Below are positions 1-8,171 of a stretch of 56,429 bases of DNA, piece by piece (the first letter of the stretch is position 1; each line of letters starts with the position of its first letter). The stretch covers positions 1-56,429 of IMG/VR virus record IMGVR_UViG_3300012960_000001, one strand, 5' to 3'. This stretch comes from a virus. The translations under genes and the position numbers were made by a program. The notes under the pieces are model-generated. The model searched no databases and had not been told where the DNA came from. It saw nothing but the letters and a program-made list of their open reading frames with translations.

Positions 1-123
1 ACCAGAGCTAACTGCTCTTTATAACCTCGAACTAAAAGGGGCCCAAGAGCGCGCACGAGATGTGTTTGTTTTTGGGTGTTGGGTTGCGCTCCGTGCAGAG
101 GATTTGGGTAGAATCAATGAGTA
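1..123. repeat. Terminal direct repeat copy 1 (identical to 56307..56429); circular-assembly overlap
   Basis: Direct comparison: bases 1-123 are identical to bases 56307-56429. The repeat lies inside one continuous integrase reading frame. Confidence 0.95.
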
Positions 124-559
124 TAAAAGACAGGGGGATGTATTTGAGGTGCTAACAAAAAAAACAGGAGTAAAAGTAGTGATACCGGTTCACTGGATGG
201 CTGATGCCATATATAATAAATATAATGGTGTTTTACCGGTATATTCTACCGCAGAAGGGCTACGTTATCACTTGCCGGGGATATGCAAAGCAGCTGGAAT
301 TGTAAGCCAGCATTTAATCAGCATGACGCAGGGAGGCAAACGCCAGGCGCAATATTATGATAAATATGAGTTAGTTAGCCCACATACGGCCCGTAGGACA
401 TTTGCCACCCTCACGTATAAACAAAAGTTCCCTGTTAAGGCTATTATGGCAATTACCGGGCACAAATCAGAGAGAGAGTTTTTTAAGTATATTAAGATAG
501 ATAAGGAAGAGGCTGCAGATATGATGCTGGAAAGCTCCTTCTTCAAGAAGCCTTCTTAA
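1..559 (+). CDS. int: Tyrosine recombinase/integrase, C-terminal catalytic part (5' part is 55699..56306 across the circular junction)
   Basis: Frame is open from base 2 and in phase with 55699. Track ORF is 62..559. Motifs: SPHTARRTFATL (HxxR) and ITGHKSEREFFKYIKI (His...Tyr region). Confidence 0.9.
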   Translation, partial: PELTALYNLELKGAQERARDVFVFGCWVALRAEDLGRINEYKRQGDVFEVLTKKTGVKVVIPVHWMADAIYNKYNGVLPVYSTAEGLRYHLPGICKAAGIVSQHLISMTQGGKRQAQYYDKYELVSPHTARRTFATLTYKQKFPVKAIMAITGHKSEREFFKYIKIDKEEAADMMLESSFFKKPS

Positions 560-818
560 TGCGCTTTAGATCTTTCCGTTGAATTTTTATTTTTTTACCG
601 ACCTTAGGCCCCGGTATGTTCAGTTGAATCATTTTACGCCTTATGGTGGCCTCACAACATCCTAATTCTTCTGCCGCTTGTTCTAGGGTGAGTTCCTCAT
701 AATCTGAAGGCGCCTGCCGACCCTCCAGGTACTTAGCAATTGCCTGCTCCTGTGACTCCTGCAACATCCGCTGGAAGTCCATTATTGAAAGTCCGCTTAT
801 TTCAATTTTCTGCATCAC
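543..818 (-). CDS. xis: Excisionase-like MerR-type HTH DNA-binding protein
   Basis: 91 aa. HTH segment LTLEQAAEELGCCEATIRRKM. Convergent with int; the 3' ends overlap by 17 nt. Confidence 0.55.
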   Translation of the reverse strand: MMQKIEISGLSIMDFQRMLQESQEQAIAKYLEGRQAPSDYEELTLEQAAEELGCCEATIRRKMIQLNIPGPKVGKKIKIQRKDLKRIKKAS

Positions 819-830
819 TCACAAATTTAA

Positions 831-1046
831 TTAATTCAAATCCAAAATCGTTATATACACGCTATGAATGCGATAACCATATCGATACATCCGTTTCCAA
901 ATCTTCTGTAAATCAAATTCCTCTGCGCTGCCTTCAAAAGAGTTTATTAGATGCATCATAGCACTATTACGCCTTTTAAAAACAGCATACGTATTATATT
1001 TCCCCTTTGGATCTTTTATTATCCAAGCCCTGTATCGTTTAATCAT
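831..1046 (-). CDS. Hypothetical protein (track ORF 831..1085 uses TTG; ATG at 1046 fits the gene packing better)
   Basis: Track ORF. Internal Met (MIKRYRAW) lies 5 nt after the stop of the upstream small ORF. Confidence 0.55.
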   Translation of the reverse strand: MIKRYRAWIIKDPKGKYNTYAVFKRRNSAMMHLINSFEGSAEEFDLQKIWKRMYRYGYRIHSVYITILDLN

Positions 1047-1050
1047 ATTA

Positions 1051-1155
1051 CTATATTTTATTATTATCCCTACTTGCTCTAACAATCAGTGCTATTCCAG
1101 ATAGGATTGCAAAGAACATAGTAGCAACTCCAAATAATGTATACATGTCTTGCAT
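1051..1155 (-). CDS. Small hydrophobic protein, 34 aa (below the track cutoff)
   Basis: Hand translation: MQDMYTLFGVATMFFAILSGIALIVRASRDNNKI. One TM-like segment. Fills the gap between neighbouring genes. Confidence 0.3.
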   Translation of the reverse strand: MQDMYTLFGVATMFFAILSGIALIVRASRDNNKI

Positions 1156-1166
1156 AGTCTTAGTTA

Positions 1167-1415
1167 TTAGCCTATGAAATCCTCGTCATTAGTAGTTATG
1201 ACTACAAATACCTGGGCAAATGTGCCATCCGGAAGCTTGACCATAGAAATAGGTTGTTTGCCCTCCGCAGCCATGCCCATATTCTCATATAATCCCATTA
1301 CAGCGGTCTTTAGTTCTTCGCCGGTTATTTCTTCTATAGGTCTAAATTCATTGAACATATAAATTGTTATTATTTTTGTTCTTGTGCTTCCAGTTTTCGG
1401 CAAAAAGTATCCCAA
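1167..1415 (-). CDS. Hypothetical protein (likely true start MFNEF at 1358)
   Basis: Track ORF in the co-directional early operon. Confidence 0.6.
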   Translation of the reverse strand: MGYFLPKTGSTRTKIITIYMFNEFRPIEEITGEELKTAVMGLYENMGMAAEGKQPISMVKLPDGTFAQVFVVITTNDEDFIG

Positions 1416-1774
1416 TACGCTAACCCCTCATTACTTCTTCCCCAATCAAAAGCCTGCCAGAGAGCAGTTGACGGTAAGGAAACTTTCCTTGGTCGTCCCT
1501 GAAATTTGCTACGATTGTTCAATGCTTGCGTTCTGTATGGTTCCGGAAATGACTCAAAATGTTCACGGATTGTTTTTTTAATATTATATACGCGGTGAAT
1601 GTGATACTCAATACCACAATTGGCACAATTACCTACAATGTCTATTGATTTATCTCTTTCAAATTGGTAGTCCTCATTAGGTAATGATTTTGTTTTATTC
1701 TTTTCCATATTACTCATTTTCAAGTTTAGTAATCGATTCTTCAATCTCCCCTTTGCTAAATCCATACTCCGCAA
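1370..1774 (-). CDS. Hypothetical protein with a CxxC motif
   Basis: Track ORF, 134 aa. GNCANCGIEYH. Start may be the internal MSNMEKN or MEKNK. Confidence 0.6.
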   Translation of the reverse strand: MRSMDLAKGRLKNRLLNLKMSNMEKNKTKSLPNEDYQFERDKSIDIVGNCANCGIEYHIHRVYNIKKTIREHFESFPEPYRTQALNNRSKFQGRPRKVSLPSTALWQAFDWGRSNEGLAYWDTFCRKLEAQEQK

Positions 1775-1970
1775 GCCTAACCCTTGCTAGTCCTTCCCTG
1801 TCTAACGGTATGTGTTCCATACACCGGTACATAGCTGCAGCCATACAGTCGCAAAGGAGTTGGTGAATAACATCCGCTGTATTCCACTTAATATTGTCAG
1901 CATGGTAAACCTCCCCAAAGCATTCGTCGGGCAACTTATCATTTAGTAATTCCAAAATCACTGTTCTCAT
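1710..1970 (-). CDS. Hypothetical protein
   Basis: Track ORF, 86 aa. ATGA overlap with the upstream small ORF. Confidence 0.6.
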   Translation of the reverse strand: MRTVILELLNDKLPDECFGEVYHADNIKWNTADVIHQLLCDCMAAAMYRCMEHIPLDREGLARVRLAEYGFSKGEIEESITKLENE

Positions 1971-2122
1971 TTCTGCATATTAAAAAGTGAGTAAATAAGC
2001 AAGAACCATAGACCGCCGGAAACCGCCAGCGTTATCAGACAAAATAGCATACAGGATAACCAGAACCGGTTATTGCTTCCGGAGCAGGACCAGTGAATGT
2101 ACTTTTGGTAGAGGCGGATCAT
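1967..2122 (-). CDS. Small membrane protein, 51 aa (below the track cutoff)
   Basis: Hand translation: MIRLYQKYIHWSCSGSNNRFWLSCMLFCLITLAVSGGLWFLLIYSLFNMQK. ATGA overlap with 1710..1970. Confidence 0.45.
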   Translation of the reverse strand: MIRLYQKYIHWSCSGSNNRFWLSCMLFCLITLAVSGGLWFLLIYSLFNMQK

Positions 2123-2132
2123 GAATAAGTTA

Positions 2133-2399
2133 TTAATTAGCGATACCTAATTTATTCTTGTGGTTTTTGATCTCAATTATAAACTGATCAATAACCTTCT
2201 TTTGCCCATCACATTCTCCTATTGGATAACTATCACTAAAAATAGGGGTCATTGGCATAGGATCAATTTTCGATTCTATTAGTCCGTCAAAAAAATAAGT
2301 GATATTATATACTTGAAATCCCATGTCAGATCTATATGTCAAATAATCCTTTATTTTTATTCTTAGCTCCTTGGCTGCTTTATAAAATTGTTTCTTCAT
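2133..2399 (-). CDS. Hypothetical protein
   Basis: Track ORF, 88 aa. Confidence 0.6.
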   Translation of the reverse strand: MKKQFYKAAKELRIKIKDYLTYRSDMGFQVYNITYFFDGLIESKIDPMPMTPIFSDSYPIGECDGQKKVIDQFIIEIKNHKNKLGIAN

Positions 2400-2560
2400 G
2401 GTTTATGTGATTTAAATGTAGATACTTCGTGCATTCTGCTGGTTATTTGTTGTCCTCTGAACCAAGCAAAAGAGGATATGCTTAGGTATTCTTTCGACCA
2501 CCTTCTGGCTATACGCTTTGCATATGCAGGAGTATATTCAGCGTTTTTAGTTTTAGTCAT
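2396..2560 (-). CDS. Small basic protein, 54 aa (below the track cutoff)
   Basis: Hand translation: MTKTKNAEYTPAYAKRIARRWSKEYLSISSFAWFRGQQITSRMHEVSTFKSHKP. ATGA overlap with 2133..2399. Confidence 0.5.
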   Translation of the reverse strand: MTKTKNAEYTPAYAKRIARRWSKEYLSISSFAWFRGQQITSRMHEVSTFKSHKP

Positions 2561-2584
2561 GGCTTATCTGATTTAAATGGTGTC

Positions 2585-2953
2585 CTAAATATTTTGGTCG
2601 CCTAATCTTTGCCAATATGTTTCTTTACATTTCTTTTGACAGAATGTGTGATGGGTGGTATTCTTTATAAACGCTCCGCCACATCCGGGACATTGCAATT
2701 CTGTTCCCACGGTCGCATATTTCGCCATCTTATAATCAGACGTATGAGGCACGCCTACCGCCTCTAATTTTCGTCGCCATTCTCTATTTGATTTAAAACT
2801 AAGCCCACTAAGATAGCCGCGCTTTGTTGCCTCAAAAATTGCATCTTTTAAAACGGACTTGGTTGTACCTTTTTCTATGATTTGATGTATCAATTTTTCC
2901 AGCATCTCATCCGATATGTCCTTTACTTGGCTTTGTTGTTCTGCCGTTATCAT
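2585..2953 (-). CDS. Hypothetical protein with a C-terminal zinc ribbon
   Basis: 122 aa. CPGCGG...CQKKC. Confidence 0.6.
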   Translation of the reverse strand: MITAEQQSQVKDISDEMLEKLIHQIIEKGTTKSVLKDAIFEATKRGYLSGLSFKSNREWRRKLEAVGVPHTSDYKMAKYATVGTELQCPGCGGAFIKNTTHHTFCQKKCKETYWQRLGDQNI

Positions 2954-3585
2954 GGTTTATCTGTTTTTTCAAAGTCGATTATCCAGTGCCACTGATTAGC
3001 ACCCCAAATATTTCCAAGTAGTGTTTTCAATGATTCGATAGCATTACGACACGGAGTAGATTTGTTTTGATAATTTCGCCATTCTTCCCCTGATCTGCCA
3101 AACCCACCGTAATGATCTATAATGACACCATGTGCTTTAGCATCCTTATTTGTCAATTCCTGCGCCCTCATTACCCGTATATTGGTAATACGCAGGAATA
3201 ACCGGGCGGCATCGCGGGGCATTGTGGCGGGTGATTTCCATTTTTTATTTATATCACCATCTGTTGAATGGTAATAACCAATTGGCTCCCATTCAGTATC
3301 AATGATACCATAAATGAAATTCCATTTTTCCCGGCAGTAAATAACATCCCCAACCTTACCGAATGGACAACTATAATCATTCGTAATCTCATAATATTGG
3401 ACACCTTCTACCCTCTGAATCTCAAACCAAGCTGTCCATGGCTTTTTGGGCCGCTTTTCTGGTTGATTGCTAAACATCGTAGCCATGGGTGACGGCTCCG
3501 GCTTCACCACCTGCATAAACTGGGTCATTCTCCCATCCTGTATAGCGCGTACCCGGTCTGTGTTGAATATTTTACTCCGCATCAC
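2950..3585 (-). CDS. ASCH/PUA-like domain protein (tentative)
   Basis: N-terminus FNTDRVRAIQDGRMTQFMQVVKP resembles the F..mV.AIl.GrKTqTRR signature of phage ASCH-like proteins. Confidence 0.35.
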   Translation of the reverse strand: MMRSKIFNTDRVRAIQDGRMTQFMQVVKPEPSPMATMFSNQPEKRPKKPWTAWFEIQRVEGVQYYEITNDYSCPFGKVGDVIYCREKWNFIYGIIDTEWEPIGYYHSTDGDINKKWKSPATMPRDAARLFLRITNIRVMRAQELTNKDAKAHGVIIDHYGGFGRSGEEWRNYQNKSTPCRNAIESLKTLLGNIWGANQWHWIIDFEKTDKP

Positions 3586-3793
3586 TTCCGGCCCCCTGGT
3601 CCGGTGTTGGTTTAAAATGAGGCGCTAATATGTCAATGTCAAATTGGTCACATCCTGCTGCCTCTAAGTCACTCCAGGCACCTATACATGCGCTAAATGC
3701 CTCCCTTGTTTCTGTACCGATGCCGTGACCATGAACAATTGTTGCAATGGCGCAGGCCGCGCCTCGTATGAATGCTATTTGATCTTCTTTCAT
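3572..3793 (-). CDS. Hypothetical protein (short form of track ORF 3572..3937, starting MKEDQIAF)
   Basis: ATG at 3793 forms an ATGA overlap with the stop of 3790..4011. Confidence 0.5.
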   Translation of the reverse strand: MKEDQIAFIRGAACAIATIVHGHGIGTETREAFSACIGAWSDLEAAGCDQFDIDILAPHFKPTPDQGAGSDAE

Positions 3794-4011
3794 AATTCTT
3801 TTCCGGCCTCCTGATCCGACTTTTTGCCTGGGCACTTCGGGCGTTCCCAGCTTGCCCCGCCACCCATTACATACATTGGCTGGTAGGTATTGCCGTAATG
3901 TGATTGGCGTAAATACTGTATCTCTATACATCCGCACCGTTCACATTCACGCTGAAGGAACGTGCGAGGCTTCCATTTATGACGCATCCTGCACCGCCTC
4001 CTTGTCAGCAT
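3790..4011 (-). CDS. Small zinc-ribbon protein
   Basis: RHKWKPRTFLQRECERCGC motif. Overlaps the N-terminal part of the alternative 3572..3937 frame. Confidence 0.45.
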   Translation of the reverse strand: MLTRRRCRMRHKWKPRTFLQRECERCGCIEIQYLRQSHYGNTYQPMYVMGGGASWERPKCPGKKSDQEAGKEL

Positions 4012-4492
4012 CGGGGATTAAACCCCATTCAATCATTTTTTTCTTTCTATCGTAACAATGGTTCCCTTCTGTATCTATACCATCCTCATAACCCCATCTC
4101 CATCCTTCTTTATAGGCTTCAGACATGTGCTTAACCGCTATGCGGGCAAATGGAATGGATATTTCAATTATGTGAGCCTTATATATTTCATCATTCCATC
4201 CAGCCAGGTGTCCGGATGCATGAAATCCCATTTCTTCAGCAATGGCCCGTACTCTTTGTTCGTAGGTTGGATTGTTCATATTCATAGGATTATTTTTAAT
4301 ATTGTCGGAATTAGTATCACTATTATCAATAGTCTTTTGAGCATTAATTCTTGCAATCGATACCCTATCGTACATAGGCGTTTCAAATTTGAATGCACCG
4401 TTCTTGTAAACTCTGATCTGAACACAGACTTTACGTCCCTGACATTGTGTTACGGGGAATAATTCGTACCCTTTATATTGTTTCGTATTCAT
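3977..4492 (-). CDS. Hypothetical protein
   Basis: Track ORF, 171 aa. Confidence 0.65.
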   Translation of the reverse strand: MNTKQYKGYELFPVTQCQGRKVCVQIRVYKNGAFKFETPMYDRVSIARINAQKTIDNSDTNSDNIKNNPMNMNNPTYEQRVRAIAEEMGFHASGHLAGWNDEIYKAHIIEISIPFARIAVKHMSEAYKEGWRWGYEDGIDTEGNHCYDRKKKMIEWGLIPDADKEAVQDAS

Positions 4493-4586
4493 CGAGACAG
4501 GTTTTGTATTGTTCAGTTAGACGAAAAGCACCTTCTGAAGGATTATTACTATCTTCAATTATCTTAAATTATGTATCAAATGTTTT

Positions 4587-5075
4587 TTATATATTCTTTT
4601 TAGTATTATCAATACTGACACTAAACCTTTTCTTAGCCGGCGCCAAACAATGCCCGTTAGCGCAACACATATATTCTATCATGCCATTCAAAGTGAATTC
4701 TGTGTACCCTTTAACTCTAATTTTCTGAATAAATGTTACGTTACCTTCAAAATATTTCAACTCCGTCCCTTCGGCCTTTTCAACAATAGGGTCAACATTA
4801 TATGATATTTTACCACATATTGAAAAAAGTGGGTTCGGATAAATATATATCGTTGTAGGTACCCCTATGTTCTCATTTAAATCCGGTGCATATATATGCC
4901 ATGGTTCATCTATTTTTGCAGTTACCCTCAATTCAAATATGCTATCTGACTGTTTTGTGGCTTGACAACTCCATCTAATAGGATTAATTTGGCCCATTGA
5001 CGCTATTGGAAGTATTTCAAGAAACAACACTGAGAGAATTTTTATTACCCTAATACATACGATTTTTATTGTCAT
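4587..5075 (-). CDS. Secreted DsbD N-terminal (DsbC-type, thiol:disulfide interchange alpha-domain)-like protein
   Basis: N-terminal signal-like segment. Then IRWSCQATKQSD..ELRVTAKIDEPWHIYAP..VPTTIYI...LKYFEGNVTFIQKIRV...IEYMCCANGHCLAP, which matches the Bacteroidota DsbD-alpha pattern. Confidence 0.7.
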   Translation of the reverse strand: MTIKIVCIRVIKILSVLFLEILPIASMGQINPIRWSCQATKQSDSIFELRVTAKIDEPWHIYAPDLNENIGVPTTIYIYPNPLFSICGKISYNVDPIVEKAEGTELKYFEGNVTFIQKIRVKGYTEFTLNGMIEYMCCANGHCLAPAKKRFSVSIDNTKKNI

Positions 5076-5920
5076 TGATTATTGATTTTAAGTGTATGAA
5101 TAATTTTATCATTTATTTTTATGTGCTTGGTAAGCAAATATCTAAATGCTAATTCTGCAGTTTGTTCCACCACTGCGTTTCCCAGGCCGCGGAGAAGATC
5201 TTCTCTAAAGTTGTACCCATTAATTGTGCTGCCCATGCAGGATTTAACAACTCTCGGCTCCTCCCATTCAAATTGTGTCTGTCCGCGTCTGGCTGGAAAT
5301 CTGTTAGTTCTCCACGAATCGCCATTGAACATAAATTTCGATCCGAAGCCTGAGTGCCTTTCTTTATTTTGTATCTCCTCTCCATTGTTGCATATGGTGT
5401 GGGCCATAACCGCAAGAATAAAGAGTCGTTCCCGAAGGTGAGGCGCGCCGACTTCTTCCGCACTATATATTCCCTCCTTAACTGAATAGCCCAATTCTTC
5501 CAAATCACTTTTGACTGTTTCGTATCCAAGGGTAAGGTGTCCTGGGACGTTTTCGAAGAAGCAGAGAACAGGTCTAATTGCTTCGATATGTTGCTTGATG
5601 AATGGCCATAGATGCCTTGGGTCTTCCGTTCCCAGTCGTCGGCCGGCATGGCTAAATGGCTGACATGGATATCCGGCAGTAACGACGTGTACTTTCCCGT
5701 AAAATTCTTTTGATGGGAAGGTTTTAAGGTTCGTCCAAATAGGGCACGGAGCCAGAAAACCCGATTCCATCTGAGCAACCAGATTCGCAATGATGAAGGC
5801 TTCGATTTCCACAAAAGCGACTGTTCTAAGACTCCCGATAACTCTTTCAACTCCTCTTTCGAGCCCACGCAATCCTGTGCAAAAACTGAGGAGAGAAAGA
5901 GATTTTTTGGCATTATCCAC
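5072..5920 (-). CDS. dcm: DNA (cytosine-5)-methyltransferase
   Basis: Motif IV TAGYPCQPFS, motif VI FENVPG, motif I-like FCTGLRG. GTG start in the track. Confidence 0.9.
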   Translation of the reverse strand: MDNAKKSLSLLSFCTGLRGLERGVERVIGSLRTVAFVEIEAFIIANLVAQMESGFLAPCPIWTNLKTFPSKEFYGKVHVVTAGYPCQPFSHAGRRLGTEDPRHLWPFIKQHIEAIRPVLCFFENVPGHLTLGYETVKSDLEELGYSVKEGIYSAEEVGAPHLRERLFILAVMAHTICNNGEEIQNKERHSGFGSKFMFNGDSWRTNRFPARRGQTQFEWEEPRVVKSCMGSTINGYNFREDLLRGLGNAVVEQTAELAFRYLLTKHIKINDKIIHTLKINNQ

Positions 5921-5931
5921 ATAATATAATT

Positions 5932-6096
5932 TTACTCTACGTTCATTTTCGATTTTAGTGTATAAAATACTGTTACTGTCTTACCAGGGTAGATCTTCTT
6001 CAGCCGGTCTGCTATATCGTGCCGCTTTTCGTACTCGCAGTTCTCGATTGTACGGCGGACCTTCCCGTTTATTTCAAGGTGCAGGGTGACTGTCAT
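5932..6096 (-). CDS. Small protein, 54 aa (below the track cutoff)
   Basis: Hand translation: MTVTLHLEINGKVRRTIENCEYEKRHDIADRLKKIYPGKTVTVFYTLKSKMNVE. ATGA overlap with the upstream methylase. Confidence 0.45.
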   Translation of the reverse strand: MTVTLHLEINGKVRRTIENCEYEKRHDIADRLKKIYPGKTVTVFYTLKSKMNVE

Positions 6097-6731
6097 GGGA
6101 ATAGTGTAGTTTGCCTTTTGAAATTGCTCATTCTCTCCATAGCGCGTTTATGATATACCTTATCTATTTCAAAACCAACATAATCAAATCCCATTGACAA
6201 ACATGCTATTAAAGAACTACAGCTGCCGGCATAATTGTCTAATATTTTATAACCTGGCTTGGCGTAGTACTTGAGTAGCCATTTATATAGACCAACCGGC
6301 TTTTGATGAATATGGATAGTAGGCTCATTTTCAAACTTGACTGCACCGCACCAATGACCGGTAAACTTTCTTATACGTGCTCGTTTAGAATACCAGGCGA
6401 TATCACATGCGCTCATATTGTGTTTATCTGGATCCGCTTTTTTATCCCAGATAATAAAAGAGCCTTCTGGATTAAGGTGCTCAATCATATATTGGCATCC
6501 CCAGATAATTGAACTTTTTGCAACCCTATTCACTTCGGCAAAATATTCTTTAGGAGGAATAGTCTTATTACGATATTCGGTATCTTTTGTACGATGTCGT
6601 TGGAATTTATTCTTTTGCATTATACTTCCTCCATACGGTGGATCGTCGATGGCTAAGTCGAAGTATTGATCGGGATAACTTGCCATCCCCTCCATGCAAT
6701 CCATATTATATAGATTATTTAGCTCTAACAT
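6093..6731 (-). CDS. DNA N6-adenine/N4-cytosine methyltransferase (beta class)
   Basis: DPPYGG catalytic motif near the N-terminus. AdoMet motif NYAGSCSS..GFDYVGFEID near the C-terminus. Confidence 0.88.
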   Translation of the reverse strand: MLELNNLYNMDCMEGMASYPDQYFDLAIDDPPYGGSIMQKNKFQRHRTKDTEYRNKTIPPKEYFAEVNRVAKSSIIWGCQYMIEHLNPEGSFIIWDKKADPDKHNMSACDIAWYSKRARIRKFTGHWCGAVKFENEPTIHIHQKPVGLYKWLLKYYAKPGYKILDNYAGSCSSLIACLSMGFDYVGFEIDKVYHKRAMERMSNFKRQTTLFP

Positions 6732-7138
6732 TTCACTTTCTCTTTATACCGACAGATAATTTCAATCAGTTCTAAACGATCCCACTTTTTAGTAATCCGA
6801 GATATGCTTTCCAGGCGCTTTACCGAATCCTCACCGATCTTCCTCACTAAGTTTTCCCTGTAACGTATCAGATTACCATGTTTGAACGTATTACATTCAT
6901 TACAGCCCCCATGCACATTATCCTCGTTGAACCTAGTCATTCCGTAGTGTCCGGCAGCCATGTAGTGCGAAGCATGTAGCTTTTCTGGTGACTTTATTTT
7001 TCCACAGGCAATGCACCTAAACCACCCATCTTCAGAATCCCGTTTCCGGATAAATTTGTTAAAGTGTTTCTCAGCGAGCTTTAGCAAAACTGGGACTGAC
7101 TTAGTATTATACTTTTTTATCTGTGCTGCAGTTATCAT
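6725..7138 (-). CDS. ninG: NinG/Rap-like recombination endonuclease
   Basis: FIRKRD...CIACGK...ASHYMAAGHYGMTRFNEDNVHGGCNECN pattern typical of lambda NinG. Confidence 0.7.
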   Translation of the reverse strand: MITAAQIKKYNTKSVPVLLKLAEKHFNKFIRKRDSEDGWFRCIACGKIKSPEKLHASHYMAAGHYGMTRFNEDNVHGGCNECNTFKHGNLIRYRENLVRKIGEDSVKRLESISRITKKWDRLELIEIICRYKEKVKC

Positions 7139-7349
7139 CTTCCTTAGCTTTTAGTAAATCGTCAATCGATGTCCCGAACATTTCAGATATTTTTAGCAAG
7201 TACTCATGCGGTACCTGTGCGCGGCTTTCTTCCCAGGCTGCGTAACGCTTATGTTTTATGCCTAACCACTCAGCTGTTTGAGATTGTGTTAATTTAGCGT
7301 CCTTGCGTTTGGTGATTAGATTGTGTGCGAGTGTAGATTTCAGTTTCAT
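7107..7349 (-). CDS. XRE-family HTH regulator
   Basis: KLTQSQTAEWLGIKHKRYAAWEE...ISEMFGTSIDDLL. Confidence 0.8.
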   Translation of the reverse strand: MKLKSTLAHNLITKRKDAKLTQSQTAEWLGIKHKRYAAWEESRAQVPHEYLLKISEMFGTSIDDLLKAKEDDNCSTDKKV

Positions 7350-7558
7350 AATTCTTTGTTTAGTAAATCATCGATCGATACATTAAAGACCTTTCCTATT
7401 CCTGCAAGCATGTTTAAGTTTGGCTCCGATTTACCAGACTCCCAACAGGCATACCGGGTTCTGGCGATGCACAAATCCTCCGCTGTCTCAAATTGATTCT
7501 TACCTAATAACTCCCTCAGTTTTTTCAGGTTGTGAATGAATATCTGTTTGGGTACCAT
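7346..7558 (-). CDS. XRE-family HTH regulator
   Basis: KNQFETAEDLCIARTRYACWESG...IGKVFNVSIDDLL. Confidence 0.8.
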   Translation of the reverse strand: MVPKQIFIHNLKKLRELLGKNQFETAEDLCIARTRYACWESGKSEPNLNMLAGIGKVFNVSIDDLLNKEL

Positions 7559-8171
7559 TTATATTAGTTTTTAAGTAATCTATGTTTGCTTGCCTAAATA
7601 GCTCTTTGATTTCCTTCTGATCGTCACATTCCCTGTCAATTGGTCCTAACGATTTTAATTGCGCGTGACGTTCTTCCTGATAGTTAGAATAGGAAATATG
7701 CCTTTCCTGTCTGTAATTTTCTAGTAGCTCAAATAAAATTTGCTGGTCCATTCTATCGAGAATGCGGCCATACTTACCGGTAATAGCCCCTTGAAAAAAT
7801 ACAGCCAAATCCTCTACACTCAATTGATCTTCAGAAGCGGTGTTCATAAGTTCAAATGAGCAACTAACAATCTGCGATTCCGTCATAGGTCGAATCAGAT
7901 TAAGGCTATTGCAAAAATTCGTTACGAGAATTACAATCAAAGCGTGTATCCTTTTGTTGCCATATTTAGCCGCAAGACCCGGTATCCTATCCTGTAAGGG
8001 TGTCTGCAATAGCAGGGGAAATTGAGGTGCGCCAGCCTTGATATACGACGAAACAATACTTGAAATCTGAAAATCATCCCGAACGCGAATAGAATTTAGC
8101 AAAAGCGCTGTTGAGCTGTTCGCTGCTGAACTTTGCACCTGCTTGGCTTCCCTTTTTTGCATCTGTCCCAT
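7500..8171 (-). CDS. Hypothetical protein, possible replication accessory factor
   Basis: Track ORF, 223 aa, immediately downstream of the DUF1376-like gene. Start is uncertain (98-nt overlap). Confidence 0.55.
   Translation of the reverse strand: MGQMQKREAKQVQSSAANSSTALLLNSIRVRDDFQISSIVSSYIKAGAPQFPLLLQTPLQDRIPGLAAKYGNKRIHALIVILVTNFCNSLNLIRPMTESQIVSCSFELMNTASEDQLSVEDLAVFFQGAITGKYGRILDRMDQQILFELLENYRQERHISYSNYQEERHAQLKSLGPIDRECDDQKEIKELFRQANIDYLKTNINGTQTDIHSQPEKTEGVIR

Noticed and set aside
3794-3937. N-terminal 48 codons of track ORF 3572..3937
   Set aside because: This part overlaps the zinc-ribbon ORF 3790..4011 in another frame. An internal ATG at 3793 gives a clean ATGA junction, so the short form is preferred, though this is not certain.
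5149-5922. 257-aa alternative-frame ORF overlapping the dcm gene on the same strand
   Set aside because: The 5072..5920 frame carries the PCQ and ENV methyltransferase motifs. The alternative frame has no motifs and is fully nested, so I treat it as spurious.
7107-7558. Two tandem overlapping XRE HTH genes as a toxin-antitoxin pair
   Set aside because: Both products are plain HTH DNA-binding domains of 70-80 aa. Neither resembles a toxin. They are more likely early regulators.
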